This document shows positions 1-8,865 of a DNA stretch of 64,000 bases, one piece after another. The number at the start of each line of letters is the position of its first letter. Within the stretch, counting starts at the first letter, position 1. The notes beneath the pieces were generated by a model, which did no database searches, was not told where the DNA came from, and saw only the letters and a program-made list of their open reading frames with translations. The translations under genes were made by a program, and so were the position numbers. Source of the DNA: TPA_inf: Saccharomyces (Eukaryota); contig BK006948.2 in the NCBI GenBank assembly GCA_000146045.2, forward strand, positions 704,001-768,000. Reading direction: 5' to 3'.

Positions 1-58
1 TAGTAACTACCGGAATCACTATTATATTGGTCATGATTAATATGACCAATCGGCGTGT

Positions 59-63
59 GTTTT
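59..63. repeat. Target-site duplication GTTTT (left copy).
   Basis: The identical 5-mer directly abuts the outer LTR ends at 59-63 and 6025-6029. Confidence 0.8.
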
Positions 64-396
64 TGAAAAGTGGGTGAATTTTGAGATAATTGTTGGGATT
101 CCATTTTTAATAAGGCAATAATATTAGGTATGTAGAATGTACTAGAAGTTCTCCTCAAGGATTTAGGAATCCATGAAAGGGAATCTGCAATTCTACACAA
201 TTCTATAAATATTATTATCATCATTTTATATGTTAATATTCATTGATCCTATTACATTATCAATCCTTGCGTTTCAGCTTCCACTAATTTAGATGACTAT
301 TTCTCATCATTTGCGTCATCTTCTAACACCGTATATGATAATATACTAGTAACGTAAATACTAGTTAGTAGATGATAGTTGATTTTTATTCCAACA
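64..396 (-). repeat. 3' LTR (delta) of the Ty element.
   Basis: It matches 5692-6024 by eye over 333 bp and is followed at 397-405 by the polypurine tract (TGGGTGGTA on the element strand). Confidence 0.9.
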
Positions 397-418
397 TACC
401 ACCCATAATGTAATAGAT

Positions 419-3400
419 CTAATGAATCCATTTGTTAGTTAATAGTTTAAATGTTTTTATCGGAAGAGGTTTTGTCATCACATCAGCAATGTTCTTATTG
501 GTCTCGATGTAGTATACGTATAAATTATTACCTGATACTTCATCTCTAAGTCTCATTGCCTTCGTGCCAAAAAATCTGTTTCTAAATTTCTCTTCATTTG
601 TAGACTTAATTATACTGATCGTTGATCTACTATCAGTAAGTAAGCCTTTAATAATTGGTTTCTTGTTAAGTTCTTGCACAAGGTGACTGAGGTTATTCAA
701 TAGCGGTATAGCTTCACTGACTGCGTGTATTTCTGCTTCTGTAGTTGAAGTGCATGTTAACGAAGCCTTTGTCGACTTTCCTCCAATCACTTTTCCGTTG
801 AGTAGGAAAATGTTACCAATTTGTGACTTGTAATATGGTTGGTTACCATATGAAGCATCGCTTATTGCGACTAGTTTATTATCTGGCTTGGTAGGTTTGT
901 TTTTGTGCCATATTAATTGTTTATCTCTAGTGTCCCACATGAATTGTATTAACTCATATGTCATGTCTAAAACTTGCCTAGAGGGGAATAGTATATGTTG
1001 AGCAAGTGTGTTGATGTAGTATAGTAAGTCAAATCTAAATTTATATCCAACATATGAAGCTAGACCAATCAACTTTTGCATTTCATGCACTTTCTCTTTG
1101 TATTCATCTTCATCTATTTCTAGTTCATCCTGGTCTATATAATGACCTGGTTGACCTGGAGCTCTAAGTTTCTTTCCTTTTGGGTTCAAAGGTACGTTTA
1201 GTTTGGGTAATTTTTCTGTCAAGGATTTTTCCATACCTAATTTCATGTACTTGCTTCTTTGATATTTGATCTCTAATCCAAGTATGTCGTACTGAATTTC
1301 GTTATCACCTTCACCCAGATTTATTATCTTTGTATCGTATTGTTTCTTGAGTGTTGTTATGATTTTCTTATTTGCATTTAAGTCTTTGCTAAATAAAATC
1401 ATGTCGTCAACGAATAAGCAAATTGTTACTTGACTATTCTTAAATACGCATGACCATCCGCGAACTTCTTGCATGTCGCAACAATTTATTAAATATGATT
1501 TAATGGTTTCATACCAGTTTGCACCACTTTGTTTCAAACCATAGAGTGATTTTCTCAAACGTAGTAATTTATCATTCAAACCTAAATGTGGTGGAGGTCT
1601 TATGTATAATTCTTCTTTGATATCAGCATATAAGTAAGCAGAGGATATGTCCAGCTGTGTGATATAATAGTCGTTGTCTAATGCGATTGACAGTGACGTC
1701 ATCAGTGCATAGTGATGTACGGTATTGGATTGCATATCAGAATCATATGTATCGGGGTGTTGAATGTCGCCTCTTGCAACAAATCTAGCTTTGTGTGTAC
1801 CATCACGTTTCTTGTTAAATATAAACATTGAGTTTATTACTTTTTTAGGATCTATGTCATTTCTATCATAATATTTGTTTGTATCCCAAGTGTTCATTTT
1901 CAATAGTTGGCTAATTTCTTTATGATAAGCTTCAACATATCTGTCTTTTTCTTTGTTGTCTTTATTATAAGTAATTGCTTCATCATATCTTAAGGTCGTT
2001 CGAACTGGTTTGATCGATTTCACTCCTTTTATTGCTGCAATTAAATTTATGCGTTTCTTCGATCTTGGTGGTTCCAGACTTCTCATATTCTTATTATTCC
2101 ATGTGTCTCGGGATACCTCAATTTCAGTTTCATTATCTTCTAATGATCTTTTCTTACTTTTGGTAGTAGTCAGAACATTAGAATCATCCATACCACCCAA
2201 ACTGGAATTAGTCTGACGAGAGTGTATGTGTGGAATATCTTTTGAAACATCAGAAGTGTCCGTAGGAGATTGATGGGTTAAGTCAGGAAGTGGGAGGTCG
2301 TCAAGAATAGAATCAGCCGTAACATTTTTTGAGGATTTGTCAGGCATTATATTAGGAGTCGCATGGTCAGAAGATCGATATTCTGGCGGATCCGTATCAA
2401 TGGAGGGTGTATTATCACATGCAGCCTTTGTTTCTATGGAGATGATGGGAGTAGTGGATTCACTGTTGGACGAACGGTCATCTATTGAGGGCGTACTATT
2501 TGTAGTCCTGTATTTGATATTTGTATCACTATTTCGTTGAATATATGGTTCCTCCGTACCACCCAAACGTGTAGTTTTGATGTTTTCAAGTCCATAATTA
2601 ACTCTATCCTGTGAGGTCAAATCAATCATATCGTTGGGACTACCAGGTCGCTTTTGGTTTCGTGCAGTGAAGGTAGACGAGTGTCTAGGTGAAGTAGTAT
2701 CTGATTCAATGGTACCACCCATTTCGGTACTCTCTTTATTAATGATATGGGGTGTACGAGATCGTATAGTAGATGGAAGAATATTGTATTCAGATATGTC
2801 GGCATCAACTTCTTTTGGTGCACGTACCTTTTGGACTGGTTCCTTGTCTAATTGTAAAGGGTTCAATGATTGGGACGAGAAATCGTTCACTAGAGGATCA
2901 GAGTTTATTTCAATCTCCGATTGATAGTCATGATCAGATTCTGTATTTTGATCATATGACTGCTCCGTTTCATTTTGTTCAATAAAAGATTGGTTATGGG
3001 CTGTTAAACGATTGAGATCATCATCAAAAGTGAGTGTATCGTAGTCGAACTGGTCCAATTTCGTTTGCTTGTTTTGTAATATAACGTAATTGGTAGTATC
3101 TACTGTCTTTTTTAAGGATGGAAGATAGATAATATAGCCATAAGAGTTTCGTGATGGATGTAAGGCGTAACCTGGAATGCCACGAGGATGTATTTTCGAG
3201 TCGGGATTATGGTTGTTAACTATAACCGGTTGACCGAAAGGTAGTATAGTAGTAATGTCCAGTCCAGCTAAACCTGCATGTTGTCTTGCAGATTTATCGT
3301 TTTTTGGTGAGACTAATGAATTTCTGATTATAGTAGAAAATTCGACTGCTGAGAACCATAGATGATTTGGTAGACCACTGCAATGAAGCAGTGTGCGACA

Positions 3401-4438
3401 ATCGTTTAATAAAGTACGATTTAATCGTTCAGCGACACCGTGTGCTCTAGAATCTGCCGTGGTTGTATAGCATGCAGTAATACCTCTGTTCGTAAAGAAC
3501 TTATGAAGAGTTTTGTTAGTGTACTCGGAGCCACGATCCATCTGGATAACTAGAACGCGAGCATTGAATTGGTTCTTAATAAATGCTAATATCGATGTAA
3601 AAACATTGAGGATAGATTCTTCACGACGGTCGTGTAATGGGTACACCCATTGGAATCTGGTTTTCTCATCTGTAAACGATATAAAGTAAGAAGGTGCACT
3701 TTTCGGTAAGTGATGTACAGGACCAAATATATCGGTATGCAAGTACTGAAAAGGCTCATATGATTCTTGGTACTTTAGTCGTGATCCTTTGACATGCCTA
3801 TGTTTCGTGCTTTTGCCGATTAGACAGTCAGGACATTGATATGTGCTAGCGTTAGACCATTCAATATCCGATTCTTTCAAATATGTAACTGCATTCTTCT
3901 TAAGAGACTTCTGAATACTTCGGAAGTTAGCATGTCCAAGCATTCGATGTATTAACGGATATGGATATTTATTTACGCTTTTGCTTTTGTTGACGTTGTT
4001 TATTGTTAGCTTTGAAATGTGCGAAGGAATTAGGTATTTTTTAGATAACCAGTAAAAGTCTCCATGTTTGACTATGGGAGCTAGTACTGTACCATCCGAT
4101 CTTTCTAAAGTGTTTCTGGTAAAGCAGGCAGTAATATTTTGGTTAGCCAGCTCACTCAAACTTAATAGATCATAGGCTATGTTTGGTGTGTGTAGTGCTT
4201 TTATTGATGTTTTGGTGCCGTTCTGAAAGTTGAAGTGAAGATTACCAATGGCATTTATAGGAATGTCTTGTTTTTGAGCATCGACTATGTTTATTTCAGA
4301 ATTGGGTGTTGCATGGTGTAAATAATGGGCTGATCTGACAAGCGTTTGCGAAGCTCCTGAATCAATAAGAAGGTGATCAGGTAGTTCGTCATTCGAGTCT
4401 ATTGTGCGTGTTGGCTTAGATTCTTTCTGTTGCTGGCC
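419..4438 (-). CDS. TYB: Ty TYB (Pol: protease, integrase, reverse transcriptase, RNase H) reading frame, expressed as a Gag-Pol fusion through a +1 frameshift at 4436-4442.
   Basis: The 1346-aa open frame 419..4459 overlaps the TYA 3' end by 44 nt in the +1 frame. It carries the motifs DSGAS (protease), H-x-H...CPDC (integrase zinc finger) and FVDDM (RT). The stop is TAG at 419-421. Confidence 0.9.
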
Positions 4439-5732
4439 TAAGACTAAGTTCGTTGTCATCGCTTAAGTATTGTGATGAAACGGTTGATTCATTAATGTGA
4501 TCATTGTTCACCCTTGAGAATTTACTGGATGTAGCAATATTGTGAGCTTTTGCTGCTCTTGGTTTTGAACTATTTGTTCTATGATAATTACGAGTTGTAA
4601 CCTTCGTGTTAGTCGTGTTTGGAGATGTGCGAGAAACATTTTTGTATTCGCTGTGTTGTTTGTATTGGGACGGTTTATTTAGATTCATGATTTTATTTTC
4701 GTCATATATTAATTGAATTTCAGCGAATAATTGGGAAAGTTTCATGTTCGTTTTGGTACGATATTGATTACGTAGGTATTTGAAGTCACCGGATAGACCT
4801 TTAAGTATTAGTTGACAGGCCAATCTGTCGCTAACATTGATATTGTTTTCTTTTAGCCTTTGAATGATCGTGCTGACTGTAATTTCAAATGTATCAGCAG
4901 ATGTACTTCCGTTGTACTCAAGGTTGGCAAGAGCTATCCAATCTTTTAATTCTTGATTGTTAGTTTGCATTTTGGACACACTTTTACAAAGGACTGTAAG
5001 GATGTCAGAATAATTAATTTCTAAAATTTGTTTTACCCATGTTGGCAATAAATGAAATGGGGCAAATGCTTGGAAGGTATTGTATATATACGCATGTTCT
5101 TCATAAGTCATTTGTCTTTTGATTTCACCCTGGTCATTTGGAATAATGTCACCGAGATTAGAGTTCTTCAAAAATCTGATGTAAAATTTAACCCATGTAG
5201 AAAAGTTTTCTTCTGATGTTAAAGTGTGTGGTGGTAAGACATTATTTCTCACCTTTGTCTTAGCTTGAGGTACTTCAGAGTGTTGATCCTGTGAACCGAT
5301 TGGATCAGGTGAGGAAGTACTCAGCGGTGGGATATACTGTGGCAGCGGATAGTGTGGGTCCGGTTGATAATACGCAGGTGACGTTTGATAATGTGAACAC
5401 GTCATCATAGATGGTTGTTGGTAATGTGCCCAGTTAGAAGCCATAGCTTTGTTTGGGGTCATCATGCCGTGCTGTTGGTACTGTCCATTCTGTGGAGGTG
5501 GTACTGAAGCAGGTTGAGGAGAGACATGATGATGGTTCTCTGGAACAGCTGATGTCCCAGGTGTTGTCTCTTGTTGAGAATTAACCTTAGTGGAATCTCT
5601 ATCAAATTCCGGTAAATTGGAAGCTGAAACGGCTAACGGATCTTGATTTGATGGGACTTCCTTAGAAGTAACCGAAGCATAGGCGCTACCATGAAAAGTG
5701 GGTGAATTTTGAGATAATTGTTGGGATTCCAT
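4416..5732 (-). CDS. TYA: Ty TYA (Gag) capsid protein, 438 aa.
   Basis: The ATG at 5732 (MESQQLSQ...) runs to a TAA at 4416-4418. The ORF-track entry 4416..5852 extends upstream to a non-ATG start. The sequence is recognised as Ty2-type Gag. Confidence 0.9.
4436..4442 (-). other. Programmed +1 ribosomal frameshift heptamer CTT-AGG-C.
   Basis: The plus strand reads gcctaag at 4436-4442, which is CTTAGGC on the element strand. It sits exactly where the Gag and Pol frames overlap. Gag continues ...SL-RPATERI-stop and Pol continues ...LVLGQQQ. Confidence 0.85.
5682..5691 (-). other. Primer-binding site TGGTAGCGCC, complementary to the 3' end of initiator tRNA-Met.
   Basis: The plus strand reads ggcgctacca directly inside the 5' LTR boundary. 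Confidence 0.85.
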
Positions 5733-6024
5733 TTTTAATAAGGCAATAATATTAGGTATGTAGAATGTACTAGAAGTTCTCCTCAAGGATTTAGGAATCC
5801 ATGAAAGGGAATCTGCAATTCTACACAATTCTATAAATATTATTATCATCATTTTATATGTTAATATTCATTGATCCTATTACATTATCAATCCTTGCGT
5901 TTCAGCTTCCACTAATTTAGATGACTATTTCTCATCATTTGCGTCATCTTCTAACACCGTATATGATAATATACTAGTAACGTAAATACTAGTTAGTAGA
6001 TGATAGTTGATTTTTATTCCAACA
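5692..6024 (-). repeat. 5' LTR (delta) of the Ty element. It contains the TYA start codon and the first 14 codons.
   Basis: It matches 64-396 by eye. The TYA ATG at 5732 lies inside the LTR, as in Ty1/Ty2. The PBS is directly adjacent at 5682-5691. Confidence 0.9.
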
Positions 6025-6029
6025 GTTTT
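6025..6029. repeat. Target-site duplication GTTTT (right copy).
   Basis: See the left copy. Confidence 0.8.
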
Positions 6030-6200
6030 ATATACCTCTCTTATTTAGTATAAGAAGATCAGTAATTATTTCTTCATTAATACTATTTTTTACCTCTAAT
6101 TATCAACAGATTCACATTCCAAGATGAGAATTTTAAGTTTATGGTCCCTTAATTCTTTGATATCAAAGTCTCTCCTCAGAGAGGCATTGCAAGAATTAGC

Positions 6201-6272
6201 AGCGCCGTGGCGCAGTGGAAGCGCGCAGGGCTCATAACCCTGATGTCCTCGGATCGAAACCGAGCGGCGCTA
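6201..6272 (+). tRNA. tM(CAU): Initiator methionine tRNA gene (tRNA-iMet, anticodon CAT at 6233-6235).
   Basis: Reads AGCGCCGTGGCGCAGTGGAAGCGCGCAGGGCTCATAACCCTGATGTCCTCGGATCGAAACCGAGCGGCGCTA. It has the A1:U72 pair, three G:C pairs in the anticodon stem, and GATCGAAAC instead of the T-psi-C loop, all initiator hallmarks. The A box is at 6208-6218 and the B box at 6251-6261. Confidence 0.95.
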
Positions 6273-6273
6273 A

Positions 6274-6280
6274 TTTTTTT
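6274..6280 (+). terminator. Pol III terminator (T7 run) for the tRNA gene.
   Basis: taaTTTTTTTa lies 2 nt after the tRNA 3' end. Confidence 0.8.
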
Positions 6281-6445
6281 ACCTTTGATCCTTTATTTTT
6301 CTTAATTTCCTTGTCAGTCTGACTATTATTGTTAATACATAGAATGAAATGTTATTTATAAAAAAAAAAGTTTTGGAGAAAAGTAGGATGATAGGATTTG
6401 AAGGTAGACTATGACCTTTGTGTTAACTTGGACAATCGTTTTATC

Positions 6446-7576
6446 ATGACATCCGATCCTGTTAATACGAATATAAGTAGCCCCACTTTAACGGACAGAA
6501 ATGCAGACGAATCATGGGAGCTCTTGAAAAGAGAGTTTAACACATTATTTAGCAACCTGAAAACTGACAGTAAAGAAGAAGGTAATTTCACAGACAACAA
6601 AGGAGTAATCGCCAAGAAACCAATTGTTCTGCAGGATAATGATGATTCGGATTTTACGCAGAATCAGGGAAAAGTTGCTACTGCAACCAGTACAACTAGT
6701 GACAGAAGCTTTAAGCGAACACTTGGTTCTATTGAAATGAAAAAACGTTATGTTAAGAAAAATTGCCAAGCAAAATTTGTTTTTAACACGCTTGAAGGTA
6801 AAGAAGTTTGTTCGAAAATACTACAACATACCCTAGGCCTATTAAGTTTATTGCTATTGACGAGAAAGATACGACTACTAAATTTTTCCTCAAAACTGCG
6901 ATTGGTGATTCAACAATTGAGTTTATTTCGGTACTATTTGAGATTCGGAAACTTTGCGATCAATTTATATAAAATTATCAAAAGATTTCGCTGGTTGAGA
7001 GAAATGAAAAAACTACATTATAAAGATCAATCAATTTTATTTTATTTTAAAAATTTCCGGTTTTTCGACATTATTGAAGCTTTTTATAATTTGACAGATG
7101 AGTTGATACTGTTCCATAAGCTACAATCAATGTTTGGTAAAAAGAACACATCACATGCAAATACTAATAGACTAATGACATTCGTCAAAGAACAGCACTA
7201 TATCTTATGGGAAGTTTTAAATATTCTTGCTATCAATAAAAACATTGAACAATGGCGACAGCTAATAAGAGATGAAATTTATTTAAGTATCTATAATACC
7301 AGTGGTAATGCAATAAAGGAATACGAGTTAAAGTACAAACTACCTACCAATGACAAAGTCAATTTGGAGTTACGGAAAAATAATATTACATTGGATTTTT
7401 ATAAGATAATACTAAACTTATTGTCTAATCTAATTAATATTAAAGGTAAAAGGGACAAATATAACTCAGAGCTAGCTTACGAAATAATTTCAGTAGGTTC
7501 CGGTGTTACTGAACTCCTTAAGCTATGGAACCGAGCCAAAGTCACTTCGGCTAATGAACATACAAGCGCTGTTTGA
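6446..7576 (+). CDS. PEX27: Peroxin Pex27 (Pex11/25/27 family peroxisome division factor), 376 aa.
   Basis: Protein recognised, MTSDPVNTNISSPTL.... The ORF-track start at 6398 is a non-ATG codon, and the first ATG that gives the known 376-aa length is at 6446. Confidence 0.8.
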   Translation: MTSDPVNTNISSPTLTDRNADESWELLKREFNTLFSNLKTDSKEEGNFTDNKGVIAKKPIVLQDNDDSDFTQNQGKVATATSTTSDRSFKRTLGSIEMKKRYVKKNCQAKFVFNTLEGKEVCSKILQHTLGLLSLLLLTRKIRLLNFSSKLRLVIQQLSLFRYYLRFGNFAINLYKIIKRFRWLREMKKLHYKDQSILFYFKNFRFFDIIEAFYNLTDELILFHKLQSMFGKKNTSHANTNRLMTFVKEQHYILWEVLNILAINKNIEQWRQLIRDEIYLSIYNTSGNAIKEYELKYKLPTNDKVNLELRKNNITLDFYKIILNLLSNLINIKGKRDKYNSELAYEIISVGSGVTELLKLWNRAKVTSANEHTSAV

Positions 7577-7682
7577 CAACAGATGACCAAGTTCGTTGCA
7601 TCCCTCTTTATTTCGTTTTTTTAGTTTGATATTATAGTACTTGTATATATACATTTTTTCTTCTTTACGTCTAAAGATTTAG

Positions 7683-8543
7683 TTATACCCACTCCGCTTC
7701 CACTTGAGCTTTTTGGAATGTGTAGTCATTTCTATTGATGGTCACCACACCATCTTTCAGACTACATTTCCATCTCGCCTTTGTTCTTGTGACTTTATCA
7801 TATAAGCACAGCATTAAGTTCTCATCTGGCCCATCCTCTTCACCCTCCGAAATTAGATAGTCATCGTCGGAATCATCTAGTTCTGAACCGACCTCATCCG
7901 TATCTAATAATGCACTTCTTTTTTCCTTCTTCGCTTGTAATTTTACTTGTTCTATCTGCTCCTTTTCCTTGCGGGTTTTTTCCACGTCCTCCTCCTTTTC
8001 CTCGTCGTCTTTCTTCTCACTTTCATCATCTATGTTTTCGACGGTAGTTATATTGGCATTATTAATAGTAAGTTCTATTTCCGGTTTTACTTCAATTTTA
8101 GGCTGGCTAGTTACGTCCGCATTTGTATTACCACTAGTATTTGTGTTCAAGGTAGCACCTGAATTATTAGTTGCTTCTACCGTATTCGTATTAATATTGG
8201 TCTCTCCAGAGTGCGGTATGTTGTTGTTGGAATTGATATTTGGCAAAATTAGACCTTCATTACCGGTATTCTCCTCCTTAATATTGAACTCGCTAGAATT
8301 TACGCCGGGGGTAGCAAGATTGAAATTTAAGTCGTTCTGTACACCATTGATATTTCCTTCATTGAACTGATTGTCCCATGAAAAAGTAGTTACCTTCGTC
8401 TCTGTGAGCTTTTTTTGCCAAATATTTTTTAGGTCTTGTAAAGTTTGTTCATCGATACCCGCATTTTCAAAGTCCTCTCTTACTTCATTTACCACAGACT
8501 CTACGATAATCTCGTACACTCTGCTGGCCTCTGCATTCGACAT
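7683..8543 (-). CDS. TOA1: TFIIA large subunit, 286 aa.
   Basis: Reads MSNAEASRVYEIIVESVVNEVREDFENAGIDEQTLQDLKNIWQKKL... with an acidic, S/N-rich middle. The track ORF starts at a TTG at 8552, and the true ATG is at 8543. Confidence 0.88.
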   Translation of the reverse strand: MSNAEASRVYEIIVESVVNEVREDFENAGIDEQTLQDLKNIWQKKLTETKVTTFSWDNQFNEGNINGVQNDLNFNLATPGVNSSEFNIKEENTGNEGLILPNINSNNNIPHSGETNINTNTVEATNNSGATLNTNTSGNTNADVTSQPKIEVKPEIELTINNANITTVENIDDESEKKDDEEKEEDVEKTRKEKEQIEQVKLQAKKEKRSALLDTDEVGSELDDSDDDYLISEGEEDGPDENLMLCLYDKVTRTKARWKCSLKDGVVTINRNDYTFQKAQVEAEWV

Positions 8544-8865
8544 GATATCCAACGATGTCCCTTGTGTATGGCCTTGATTTGTGTGATACTATCGCTTTTC
8601 TTCTTTGAGCTTGCCCCCGATAATATGCCGTATGGCTTTATCCACCTTGTTATTTGGCTTCTTCATCTTTTCTTCAACTGTCTCACATCATACTTGACGA
8701 AGCTTTTTTTCGCGTTAATTTATATTCTTTATTTATTTATTTATAATTCAGAGTGTACGATGAGTTCCTCTTTAATGGTTCATTTGAAGGACACTAACTA
8801 AAAAGAGCATCATTGGTGTCAAGGGGCACCCAGTTAAAAAAGGTTTTGAGCACATATCGTAATTC

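Larger units (their letters stand above)
64..6024 (-). mobile_element. Full-length Ty1/copia-family LTR retrotransposon, most likely Ty2 (5961 bp). It has two LTRs, an internal TYA/TYB region, a PBS, a PPT and a 5-bp TSD.
   Basis: Near-identical 333-bp direct repeats at 64-396 and 5692-6024, each starting TG and ending CA in element orientation. GTTTT lies immediately outside both ends (59-63 and 6025-6029). The internal ORFs encode Gag ([21 protein letters not shown]...) and Pol with protease DSGAS, integrase HHCC/DDE, and RT FVDDM. The Gag sequence matches my memory of Ty2 rather than Ty1. Confidence 0.93.

Noticed and set aside
2010-2985. Small plus-strand ORFs inside the Ty element.
   Set aside because: They are antisense to TYB. 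Ty antisense RNAs exist but these frames are not conserved coding units.
6030-6200. Possible solo LTR or second element fragment between the Ty element and the tRNA gene.
   Set aside because: It has no TGTTGG...TCTCA termini and no similarity that I can see to delta, sigma or tau ends. It looks like ordinary tRNA 5' flank.
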